Shown one piece after another: positions 22,000 to 33,977 of a stretch of DNA of 64,000 bases. The position numbers and the translations under genes are program-made. Source of the DNA: Azolla caroliniana (Eukaryota; Plantae; Polypodiophyta); assembly GCA_043228905.1 (NCBI GenBank), contig JBHGNT010000006.1, positions 2,852,001 through 2,916,000 of the forward strand. Reading direction: 5' to 3'. Every line of letters starts with the position of its first letter. Within the stretch, counting starts at the first letter, position 1. The notes beneath the pieces were generated by a model. It worked only from the letters and a program-made list of their open reading frames with translations. It searched no databases and was not told where the DNA came from.

Positions 22000-24900
22000 A
22001 GTAGACATTGTTTCCCAAACTGACAGGAACAATATACATCCATATTATATTATCTACATCTTCCCTAAAAATGAGCATTGAATCCCATAACATTTTAAAA
22101 TGCATTTGCTTCCTGAAAATAACATCAACATTGCATGTAAAACTTTCGTACTGACAACGTAATGTATGAATAAGTAACAACTAGAATTCAACAATTATAA
22201 CAAAAACATCATGAGCGACGTTGTCAAAACCTGATGTACATCGCATCGCGCCTTCCAAATTACCCACATCAGAATAGATGAAATTGTGTTCCAAATAATA
22301 TCATCCCTAAATTGCAAACTATCACTTAGAAAAGGTTTGAACCATTTGTATATGAGGAGGAAATATGTGAAAGGCTTCCACTATATCCTCCTTTTCATAT
22401 AACAATGGTTGTCCCTCTAGAATGCCCCACCTAACCGCGCCCCAAGTGATCACACAATTAGCATGTATCAATATCAACAACCTTAATATTCTCTTCCATA
22501 CTTGCATAATTTTAGGACAAAACCACAATACATGCTTAATTGATTGCATCATACATCCACAACCAAATCCACACGACTTACTATTTAGTTGTCGTAACCA
22601 AGACCAAACTGGTAGTGCATAATGGATCAATAACCAATGAAAAAGTACAATATTCTTGGGAATCTGCATACTCCATAGCCACTTCCAATATTTAGATACA
22701 TCCATTAAAGAGGCCCCATTTGCCAACTACACTTTCATAGTGGATGGTGGATGCAATTTCATACTTAAGAGCAACTTTCATCCCAACTTCACAGCATATT
22801 GAAAAAATTGAAAAAATTTAGTATGAGACGAAGGATTTGTATTTTCCAAAGATAATATGATGGATCCCAATGCAAATTCAACAATGACTTTTTTTAAAAT
22901 ACCCATTGTTGGCAAAATAACATACTATTAGAAGGAGAAGGATCTAAAATCCACCTTTTACCAGATTTACCAATCACTCTCATTGGATGTTGCAATGTCG
23001 TTTGCCAAATTGACGATTCCACATTAGTTTGCCATAATCTTCCTTCCTCAGATATATCAAAATAGTAACATTCTCCTTGAGATGTTGTTCCTTTTACTCC
23101 TATCATAACACCAACGGGAGTAAAATATCCAAACCAAACATACACAAAAAGTGACCAATTAGAGAGAAAATTCCCAAAAGATAACTAAATTGCATCAAAC
23201 TTAGTTCTAAAACCCCTACATCTGATAGCATGAAGTTGAGAATGATTAAGATGACAAACATAATTTCCCCAAGAAGCTACTGTGGCAGCCATACCATTAT
23301 CCAACTTAGCCCACTGTAATCGCAGTTTACTTCCAAGCAATACTATACCCACATGAGACGATTATCTTAAAACTTTACCCACATGTTTTTCCTTAAAAAA
23401 CTTCTCTATTATATCTAACATGATGTTTTGACGATGTATTTTGGACAAATTTTATAAAGGTAGATAGAAGTACAGGTATACTATGAGAATTGATTGGATT
23501 ACTCTCAATATTATGATTTTTCAAAAGCTTAATTTTTGTCTTACCTTATGCAATACCCATTCACCTTTTTGCCAGTTTGTAATGTCATTGCCTACAAGAT
23601 ACCCCAAGTCCCTTACCATTTCATCTAGATTGATGATTTCTCCTAGCTATAACAAGTTGTGTCATGTATACACATTAATATATAGTAACATTGATTGTTG
23701 CACTGTTGTATAATTGTAACCTTAACTTTTAACCTTCTTGTACTATTGTATAATTGTAAAACACCCATAATAGACATCAAACAACATATCATTAACATGA
23801 CCTTCAAGGTTTTGTGTCCAAATCCTAATCTTAGCATTGTTGACTCTATAAAGTCTTCGTGTATGCTGTAAATGGATTTTGCAATATCAACTTGCATATT
23901 TAGTATATGTTTCTTCATATTGTGCATATTTCATTCTAATTTAAGCATTTGCATCATTATTAATGATGTTGATGAGATGTGAACTAGAAATTTTTCACAT
24001 GGATTCCTTTGACCAGGTGTTCTTTGATTCTATTGACTAACATTTTGGCAACTAGCTTGTAAAATTCCAGAATGAGTGTGATGGGCCTCCAATTGACAAA
24101 CATCTCACATAACTTTTCTTAGGAAATACTTTAATTAAACGTTCATTCTAGGAAGATGGGATGCTCCATTCCAACCATGATTTGTTCATCATGTACAATG
24201 GTGCATCATTTAACATATCCCATAATTCAAGCATAAATTCAAATGTGATTCAATCTCATCCTAGGGATTCCATTTCCCTAGCCGCTCAATGTTTTTTGCA
24301 GTAAGCCTTCTATGAAGGGTAAATCTACCTTATTTGCTTCTACAATCTACTTTACCAATTATGGGTATGACATGAGTGGGAAAATTTTCTCCAACACATA
24401 AACCCGCTTGAGTTCGCATAGTGTCGACACTAAAGATTCTTGAGAATCAGTCAAGTGTTAATTGGTGTTAGTGATGAGTATACATTTGATTGTTTTTCTT
24501 TTTCTAGAAATACGCAGCCTTTAGAGAAGAATCCTTTATCAAACAATGATGTTTGACAATAGGGCATTCAACAATTTTGGAACTTATTGGAAATCATGAA
24601 GCATTAGAGTACATTTGGCCTCCCAAAGAGCATTTTGTTTTGGCAATATTAGTTTGACTTGTGTATACCTTGGCTGGCACACATTGATTCCACGTTTCTT
24701 TTACTTGTTGAACACAAATTCTACCCTCTATAATTAGCCACCTTCCATAATCTTTTGTGGTTTTTTTATTTTATGAAAAAAATACCACCAAGAAACATCT
24801 ATATCCATTTTTTCTTTTTCTAGAAATACATAGCCTTTAGAGAAGAATCCTTTATCAGACCATGATGTTTGACAATAGGGCATTCAACAATTTTGGAGCT

Positions 24901-25450
24901 TATTGGAAATCATGAAGCATTAGAATACATTTGGCCTCCCAAAGAACATTTTGTTTTGGCAATATTAGTTTGACTTGTGTATACCTTGGCTGGCAAGCAT
25001 TGATTCCACGGTTCTTTTACTTGTTGAACACAAATTCTACCCTCTATAATTAGCCACCTTCCATAATCTTTTGTGGTTTTTTTATTTTATGAGAAAATAC
25101 CACCAAGAAACATCTATATCCATTCACAGGAGCATAGAGCAGTGTCATGTTATGTGAAGGACACCTCGTAGGATACTAGAGTTTCTCGTTGATAATATAC
25201 ACAAGTCAAATGTTTAAGACCTATATGAGCCGTCGGTGCTCATTTTTGCAAAAGTGTTCATCTTTGTATCCTACCCAAAAACCAAAACTATAAAACAAGG
25301 GATCGGGGTCATTTATAGGGACTCATCAATTTTGCTAAAACCTAAGGATAATTAAGAAATTGTTTGATTAATCTTGGTAGAAAAATCATCAAGGTTGTTA
25401 ATCACATCTTGGAAACCTTCTAGATCTTTAACTAGCACCTATGGTAATTC
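22000..25450 (-). mobile_element. Degenerate L1-clade LINE ORF2
   Basis: zf-RVT region WKWLWSMQIPKNIVLFHWL...CGFGC...HVLWFC (22322-22726) and RT remnant QVDIAKS...MLRLGFG (23643-23927). Ends are approximate. Confidence 0.7.
24493..25124. repeat. ~315-bp tandem duplication inside the L1 remnant
   Basis: tttttctttttctagaaatac...catctatatccatt occurs twice head to tail with few substitutions. Confidence 0.9.
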
Positions 25451-26129
25451 TTGATAGTTAGGAGGGTGATGTAGAGTCATAAATTGTGGAGAAGACATAA
25501 ATGTTCCCTTTAGTTCACAATCTCAACAAGCTTGGTTGTAAAACTTTGTTCTTGTTAGCAATGGCATACATGTTGACCCCTTTCTTCTCTCTAGTTTCAT
25601 ACTTTCTATCAATCAAAAGGGATTAAGCTCTTGTAACTAAAAGATTTATGATTCTGACATAGTTCATTGTTTTCGTAATCCATACCACATTGTAAGTGAA
25701 GTTTAAATCATATTTTCGTTTTTGGCTTAATTTGTCAAATCAAGTGTTTAATGGCAAAGCCATTTAATTATAGTTTTTTCTACATTGTAATTTGTGTTTA
25801 TCATCAAATTTAACTTGTTTACAAATGTTGATTCATCATCCAACTTCAATTTGTTGTCAACTTCGACTTACAATAATAGTTAATGGACTTCCCATCCAAC
25901 TTAGACGTAGTATCTCAACTAACTTCAACTTATTAACAACTTCGATTTGGCCTCAAACTTCAAATCATCATCCAATGATTGTTTGTCATTCAACTTTGAC
26001 TCGTCAGGAAACTCCAACTTGATACTCATCAATTTGCAATTTATGCTTATTGTCAAAGTCCAACTTCAATGAGTTGTTCAAGTCCAGTAAATTGTCCACT
26101 TATACTTTGGCCGAATTTCAATAATTCTC

Positions 26130-26890
26130 TTAAACTTATGGGAGACTTGGTAATCTCAAAAATTCAGAATGTTTTATTTGTGATAGTTGTGGTTCTTCCA
26201 TTGAATCGGTTTACCATGTTTTATGGATATGTCCTATTGCTAGAGCAATTTGGAAAAGAATGTTGAGAATGTTGTATCCTATTTATTGTAAGCAGGTGTA
26301 CACATGGGGTTTTGTGAGATGGGGAAGATTGGCTAAAGAAATTCAGAACTATGAAAAGGAGTATGTTGATTTTCTTCTCCTCTCCGATGGAAGACATGTA
26401 TTGGAGGTCTCTTATACTACAACAATTCATTGTTTGGAAGAGGACAAGGTCTAGTCTATGATATCTTCTTTAGTAGTTTGGGTATTGTTGAAGGATAGAT
26501 GTAAATGTGTATTTCAGAAAGTTAAACAGAATGCGGTTAAGTTAGTCAAAGAGATATGGTTAATGCACTTACATACTTTAAGAGGTCAATATGAAGCAAT
26601 AACTGGTGAGCATGATGTGATCCGTAAACAACAACAGTTTTGAGAAATTTGGAAAAAGGCAGAGGTTTTCACCTCTTTTTGAGAGAGACTAAAGTGGAGA
26701 TATGCTCCACCAAGATGGCCTTTTCTATCCCCGTCTTGGAACAACCCTATATGAGGGCTTTTGATACTTGACATGCTGGTTGATGTGGATATGAGGGTTG
26801 TATTATATTGTATGAATTCGTTGTAGCCTTTCGACATCTTTCCATTAATACCAAGGTGAATCTTCATTAAAAATACTAATAATAATAATC
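26130..26890 (+). mobile_element. 5'-truncated L1 LINE 3' fragment
   Basis: CDSC...ESVYHVLWICP zinc finger and C-terminal KWRYAPPRWPF motif shared with the other L1 ends; (TAA)n tail. Confidence 0.75.
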
Positions 26891-27449
26891 TCAAAGATTC
26901 AACATCTTTGATGAGTTATCTCTCTTGGTTCACAACCACCACAATTCCATCTTGCCTTTCACACATACTCTCATGCTTTTGGGACAATATTGCATGAATT
27001 GCATAATTTTAGACCATCAATTTGAACATTTCATTTTTGAGATAGTTGTTATTTGCTATCAATAACCTTTTCGTTATGGAAAGACACATCTTAATATCCA
27101 AAATTGAATTACGATTAGTTTCATATTGGTGCATGATAAAAAAGTTGGGATGTGTGATCAATCTATAGATAACAACAATATCGTACATATTGAGTATAAT
27201 TTATGATGTTCCATCAATCAAGCTTAGCATTATAATTATAATTATCGGGCCAACTTGTGAGGAACAATCCTAACCAATTGTACCGTCCATTGTAAATACA
27301 AAGGCACGATATGGTTAAATGAGACTATGAGGGTGATACATTAGATCATATAAGAATGAGGACAAAGGAGGAATCATTGGACAAGAGGTTGGGAATGGGT
27401 GAGAGGTTGAAGATGGGGGGATGTCAAGGCACAACGTACTAGGTTGTGG

Positions 27450-27480
<31 letters not shown>

Positions 27481-27484
<4 letters not shown>

Positions 27485-28030
27485 TTTTTGGAGGTCAAAT
27501 GTGACATATGAGACCAAAAATATAACATTTTTGTAGAATGCATGTGAGAGTGAGTTGCGACTATTAATGTTCTAAGAGCACATTGTGAGTGTGGGAGAAA
27601 TCATGCAAGGATTAAATTTGGTGGAAGATGTGTTGAAGCATAGTTGAATGAGATTGAAGGCAAGGATTGTATCAATATGTAATACTTAGACTCCCAAACT
27701 TGTTTAAGGAAAAATGTGCATAGTCAACTACTCCCATGAATTGTGCCCCAATGTCTCGTCTCACATCAAAATGAGTGTGAATTATATCATATGTAAACAA
27801 TGGTTTAGATGGCAAAAACCACATGAGCTCTAGCACGTATTGATATATGTAGTTTACCCATTGGTAAATAATATGGTTTTGTAGATAGGTGTAATATATG
27901 TAGTTGTTACGTGCATAACCATAATTGATCATGAGATAGGTTTTTGCTTAATTTTTTCCTAGCCTTATGATGAGTATGTGTGGGTTAATTCTGAAAGAAA
28001 CGAGGGTATGAATTGGAATATTCAATTCCA
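27481..28030 (-). mobile_element. Short, diverged 3' fragment of RTE-X-like LINE ending in a (TC)n tract
   Basis: ttggaggtcaaatgtgacatatgagaccaaaaat and following sequence align with 28566 onward; abuts (GA)n at 27453-27480. Confidence 0.7.
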
Positions 28031-28329
28031 TGGTATGGGTTAATTATTAAGTGTGTTATCACTTCACCACTTCAAATAAAGTAAAGTGTGAACACACTAG
28101 GGCCTACGGTGTTGTGGAGGATTCTAGCAAGGGGAGAAAAGCTCGTTGATGTGCGTTCTCAAGGTAATCCACTAGTACGTGTAGGATCCGGGGTGAGACT
28201 ACTAGGGTCTGGAACCGGAGAGAGATGAAGGATGAAAGACCGAGCTTCACCAGTTCCGATGTCCGGCTAGGACACTGACCAGAGCGTTTCCGAATACGTA
28301 CCGGAAGCAATCGATCGATCAATCGAGTG

Positions 28330-28332
<3 letters not shown>

Positions 28333-28404
<72 letters not shown>
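28333..28404. repeat. (GA)n microsatellite
   Basis: Pure dinucleotide run. Confidence 0.98.
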
Positions 28405-28406
<2 letters not shown>

Positions 28407-28515
28407 ACTACCCATGTAGTGTAGTGTGGTGAGTGTGTGACCATACTCCATTGTCACATGTATTGTAAGTAGTGTTTTTCACACACATTTATTAATATAA
28501 TTGTGTGTTTTCACC

Positions 28516-28553
<38 letters not shown>

Positions 28554-28557
<4 letters not shown>

Positions 28558-29978
28558 ATTATTGTCTTTGGAGGTCAAATATGACCTATGAGACCAAAAA
28601 TATTACATTCACATGATATGTATGAAAGTGAGTAGTGACTCTCGATGTTCAAGAACTTTTCCAATGAATGTTGCAATCGAGAGGGCACATTGTGGTTGTG
28701 AGAGGAATTCATGCAAATATTGGGCTCGGTCGAAGAGATGTGGAAAGCATGGTCGAATATGATCAAAGGCGGAGCATTGTATCAAAGTGTGATACTCAGA
28801 ATCGCGAACTTGTTTAGGGCAAAGTGTGCATAGCCAACCACTCTCATCACTTGTGCCCCATCTCCCTGTTTCACATCGCAATGCATGTGAGCTAAGTCGC
28901 ATGGAAGCAATGGTTCGAATGTCAGATAACGGTATGGGCACTAACATGTATCGATGTGTATGATTTCCCCATTCCACAAAGAAAATAGTTTTGTAGTTAG
29001 GTGCAACATGTGTAGTATAATGTGTGAAGCGCGAGCCTCCACATTTGTCCCATGTCATGATACATTGGCGTTGCAAAAAGGCCTCATTTACAGAGGAATC
29101 TAATGATGCATCATGAAGCAAGTGTCTCGCATCCCATCTACCAAACCATTTTTCTATATCTTGCATCCAACCGGAACACAAAATTTTTCTTTTATGCGTC
29201 TTTTGGATCTTTTTTCTTGCTTCCCACACAATTCTATGAAGTCAATGTGAGGGACTTTTTGAACCTTAAGCATGTATTCAACAACCCTTTCCATGGCCAT
29301 GATCTCAATGGGAAGCGATCCCGTCTCAAGGAGGAGGGTGTAGGGAGTTTGTTTCTTAACTTGTAGAAACTTTGTAAGAAAATGTTTTTGGACATTTTCA
29401 AACTCTTTCCACATAGATTTAGGGATGCTACCGCCCCATACTTCCACCCCATAGAGAAGAACTAGTGTCACCAAAGTGTCGAAAAGATATTTCTTGAGGA
29501 CCCAACACTTAATATCTCCAAGATTACATGTGTTCTCAAATGCATAGTATGCTCGCTTACCTGCCTCTAAGTGGCATGTAGCACATTCATTCCATCTATG
29601 ATTCGAAGGAACTTCAAGGCCAAGATATTTGAAGCTTTCCACACATTCAAGTGGCTCATTGTTGTACATAATGCATGGTTTATCTCTTTTTTGGCTCTTC
29701 ACAAGCATAATCTTTGTTTTAGAGCTATTGACACTTAGTTTAGTATGCATGCAAAATTTTTCCAATGCCTTCATAAGCTTTTGTGCATCTCCTAAAGTAT
29801 TTGCAAGAAGCACTACATCATTTACATATAGCAAAAGCATAATCACAACATTCCCAATGGCAACTTCTTCAACACATTCTTCCTTTGCAAACTTGGTAAC
29901 CATTTCTTCCAATTCATCAATGCATAGACCAAATAGTGTTGGTGAGAGTGGGCATCCTTGCTTAACACCAATAGTGCT

Positions 29979-29981
<3 letters not shown>
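28554..29981 (-). mobile_element. 5'-truncated RTE-X-like LINE (RT C-terminal half and CCHC finger) flanked by (GA)n on both sides
   Basis: GVKQGCPLSPTLF, LLYVNDVVL (YADD decayed), SKTKIM, FKYLG, RLSSHALRCETGRW...CTLC...EYHTLIQC; microsatellites at 28519-28553 and 29982-30029. Confidence 0.85.
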
Positions 29982-30026
<45 letters not shown>

Positions 30027-30031
<5 letters not shown>

Positions 30032-30468
30032 TAGCTCAATTGGTAAGGTTGCCCAATGGAGACTAGGTGGTCATGGGTTCAACCCCTACATTCCACAATG
30101 GCATCTAGTGAATTGAGAGATATATAAGAAGTATATAATAGAGAGGTGAGGAAGTTGGGTTTCGAACCCATAATGTAGTGCTTGTAGTGCTAACAACTTA
30201 CCACTAGGGTAAGGTAATCACGATAAAGAGAGCAAGAGAGAGAGAGCCCAGATGGATGTACCTCAGTTGGTAAGCTTGCCCAATGGAGACCAGGTGGTCA
30301 TGGGTTCAACCCCTACTTTCCACAGTGCAATCTAGTGAAATAGAGATATATATGAAGTATATAATAGAGAGGTGAGAAAATTGGGTTTCGAACCCAAGAC
30401 ACAGTGCTTGTAGTGTTATCGACTTACCACTAGGGTAAGCTAATTACAATAAAGAGAAAGAGAGAGAC
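30027..30468. repeat. Two ~222-bp tandem units, each with a convergent pair of tRNA-like (A/B-box) sequences; SINE-like
   Basis: + strand TAGCTCAATTGG...GGTTCAACCCC; - strand CCCTAGTGGTAAG...GGTTCGAAACCC; the second unit starts at about 30250. Confidence 0.75.
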
Positions 30469-30469
30469 C

Positions 30470-31077
30470 CACACGCACACACACACACTCACACCCAAGC
30501 CGAACTGAACGGACTTAGATAAAATGAATATCTGCAAGCAAGCCTCCAGTCAGGGAGCTCTTGGGCTCGCCGCGAGTGGAGGCCTTGCACAGGAGATACA
30601 ACAGAAAACCGGAACCCTCAAAGCACGCGAGGTCGGGAGACCTCAAACCCTGAATGCCTCAACACACCAAAAAATGGGACCCCAAAACCGAAGAGAGCAA
30701 AACCAAAACGGGGGAACCCCAAAGAAGAGCCCCTCACCCCCTTTTATAGTCAAAGGAGGGAGGGATGTTACCATGTGGGAGGCAAAAATATATTTCCCTC
30801 CTTTTTAGAGGAGGATATTTTCCTCGATTCCAGGCAGTGTTACATTAACTCTCTTCTAACTCCCAACCCACTACCTACTACCTAACCTATGATGTACACT
30901 AAGTACTCATCACACGTACCTCTCGCTAACTCCTTAGTGCACTTCAACGCCTTATAGTCCGGTTTTCCTTTCTCATAAATATTTACATTTCCTCGGTGTT
31001 GATGTGCAAACGTTGCTCATCACCGTTTTATTCGCTCTCACCCGGTTTTCTCACCGTTCCCGGAAATGCTCATGACA
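30470..31077 (-). mobile_element. Partial gypsy LTR related to the LTR at 41652-42498
   Basis: Reverse complement begins TGTCATGAG...GTGAGAAAACCGGGTG and shares the CCCTCCTTnGACTATAAAA TATA block; flanked by ACGT at 31078-31081. Confidence 0.75.
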
Positions 31078-31843
31078 ACGTGAACAAGGATGTGCACATT
31101 TGCACATGAAAGTTCCTCTGTTTAAAACAAATGTAAATACAAAGTATTAATAAGTACAATACATGGGTATTTAATAGGTACTTTAAGGATCCCACAAAAA
31201 GAGGGAAAAAAGTGTGTGATGGGAGGAAATCGAGGGGAGGATCATTTATAGAAAACAACTGCCATAAAGCTAATGTAACTAACCCTCCTTGAGCTATAAA
31301 AAGAGGGAAGGAAGACTGTTAAAAGGGCGATCCATTGTTTTGGAGGGGAGGGTGTTGTCGGTTTGTGCTTTGAGTTTTCCGGTTTTCTGTTCTCTGCATT
31401 CAGTGAGGGAATGTGAGGCCTCTGCTTGCGTAGGAAGCCTGTGTGCTCCCGACTAGAGGCTCACTAGTCGGTGTGTTTGTTAAGCTCGAAGATCTATTCC
31501 CGCTTGGCAGGCGATTTCTTGTATTCTTTCTGTTAATTAGCTATTGATCTGTTGTATTCGAGTGCTCTTCCTATGTTCTCTGCCCCTACTCTCTATGTGT
31601 TGTGTCTGGTTTCGCTTCTTGTTTGTTGTTCCCTTCTCCATTCTGCGCTTATTCTTCATGTTAAGAGCCGACACTCAATTCCTGGAATCCGGCGATAGTG
31701 TAGGATCAGATTCAGGTCCTACGAGCCCGTGTGCTCCGCGAAGGTCTTCAGCCACCGAGCCAATTAGACCATTGCAAGCTTCGTAGACGCTCATTCCAAC
31801 TCCCTGGTCCAAGACCCCTATGGTCTTGTCCGATCCAACACGT
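31078..31843 (+). mobile_element. Partial gypsy LTR (same broad family), truncated at both ends by insertions
   Basis: CCCTCCTTGAGCTATAAAAAGAGGG TATA block; 3' motif GGTCCAAGACC...AACACGT as in the LTR end at 42439-42478. Confidence 0.65.
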
Positions 31844-32497
31844 TGTCGTGAAGAAAATTGGCCATAGGCGGAATCGGAGAAAAAGGCGCATGAACCGGCT
31901 CTTACATGGGTGGACACGAGAATTGATATTTTGTACATAATTCATAATTAGGTCGGCTGATGTAAATACTAGGTAGTACACATTTATTAGGGGATTTGTG
32001 CGTATCTCTGTCGAAAGGGACAGGGAATAAAGTGATTTGACTAGGGGAGAAGGGTCTCCCCTCGACAAACTATTTAACGAAGGAGAGAAGGAAGAAAAGG
32101 TATCGCGTGTTGGTGAGGACGAAGTGCTGCTACAGAACCGAGTGTCGAGCTCTCTCTCCTCCGATCGTCGTTCTCTGTGGGTGTCGGGAGTTCGCTGCCT
32201 CTGCTTTGTGGACAGCCCGTGTGCTTCTAGCAGAGGCTCTCCCCCTTTTTGTTTCTTCGAGTCGAGTGGCTGTCGTTTATGTGCGTGAGTAGGACCCTAT
32301 GTCAGGTCCATTACCGGTTTGCCGGTTGTAACTGTTCGAGTTGTAAGCTACTGATTATAGTAATCGGATTCCTGTTTCTTGCTCTTATTTTCTTTCTATG
32401 TGTATGCAACTCTCTCTCTCTCTCACTCACTCTCTCCTTGGTCCAAGACCCCCGTGGTCCCGCCTCTTCCTACACGCACGCGCGAAACTTCGCGACA
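31844..32497 (+). mobile_element. Single gypsy LTR (654 bp) related to the LTRs at 45413-46055 and 51724-52367
   Basis: TGTCG...CGACA ends; shares the GGCTGATGTAAAT...CTAGGTA...ACA...ATTTATTAGG block; ACGT on both sides. Confidence 0.85.
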
Positions 32498-33977
32498 ACG
32501 TACTTCTCCTATGACAGCCATTATAGCTTCTTTGTCCGGTCCTGAAGTATGTGCATCCCCAATATCTATTTCACCGAACCCAAATCTTTCATTGAGAAGG
32601 TCCGGTTCAAGGCTTTCTTTAGATTCCCAATTTTGGTTTGGTTCGGTCTGACGATCAACATGTCATCCACATATAGCAAGAGTATCAGAAAATCTCCTCC
32701 GTCAAACTTCTTCACAAATACGCAGTGGTCGGCTTGCGTCTTGTGGTATCCTTGGTCAGACATGAAGGAGTCGAACTTTCAGTACCATTGCCAGGGAGCT
32801 TGCTTCAGTCCATATAAGCTCTTCTTCAACCAGAACACTAGGTGGTCCCTCCCTTTCTTGACAAATCCTTTCGACTATTGCATGTAGATCTCTTCTTCGA
32901 GGTCACCGTGTAGGAACGTCGTCTTGACGTCTAGTTGCTCGACCTCGAGGTTCATGCTCGCCGCTATGCTCAACACAGTCCGGATGGATGTCATCTTTAC
33001 TACCGAGGCAAAGATCTTGTCAAAGTTCACTCTCTTTTTCTGCTGGAAGCCCTTCACCACAATGCGGGCCTTATACCTTGGTGGATTTCCGGCATCTCTT
33101 GGTTTCAACTTGTACTGTACCCACTACTTCCGGAGTGCTCTCTTTCCTTTCGGCTACCCCATCAATTCATATGTGTGGTTCTCATGAAGGGAATCCATCT
33201 CATCTTGTATGGAATTTAACCACTTGCAGTTGTGGATGTCTTTCTTCACTTCTTGGAAGCTTTCCGACTCCCCCTCGTCGGTTAACAACACGTGCTCTGC
33301 ATCCGGAAATCTCTGAGGGGGCCTTCTCTCTCTTAGAGGGTATCTCTGTCCTTGGTTTTTGACCACCGGCTCCTCCATCTATTCTTCATCTGAATCCGAT
33401 TCTGGATCTTGTCCGGTTCCAATGTTTGAATCTACTTCAGTCGGTTAGGTTCTTTGTCCAAATCCAGCTGGTTCATCATGGTCTTCAGCTGGCATCCGGT
33501 TTCCAACTGGATGTATCCTTGCATCTTCTAACCGATCTTTGTTGGTCGACCCGGAATCCATTATCTTCTTCTTCGACTCCCAATCGGCAATGTTCTTGTC
33601 TTCATGAAAACTATGTCTCGACTCCGGAAGACCTTCTTGTCGACCAAGTCCCATACAAGGTAGCTGAACTCATCATCGTCGTATCCAAGGATTATGCATG
33701 GTCGGGACTTCGGATCCAACTTTGTTCTCTTATCCTTTGCAACATGCATGTAAGAGAGACAGTCGAACATCTTCAAATGCCGGTAAGACACATCTTTACC
33801 GGTCCATACTCTTTGTGGTGTGTCTCCGTCCAAGGGTGTTGAGGGTGATCTGTTAATCACGTACGTCACTGTCATCAACGCCTCAACCCAAAATGTTTTG
33901 GACGTCTTAGCATGTGCCAGCATGCTCCAGACTCTCTCCATCACAATCCAATTCATCCATTTAACTAATACGTTCAG
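32498..33977 (-). mobile_element. Copia (Tork-like) element, INT-RT portion; 3' end lost
   Basis: YKARIVVKGF, QLDVKTTFLHG, LLYVDDML; closely similar to 1793-3270. Confidence 0.9.

Noticed and set aside
30027-30440. Functional tRNA genes (also 5978-6048 and 11883-11963)
   Set aside because: A/B boxes are present, but I could not form acceptor and anticodon stems; treated as tRNA-derived sequence.
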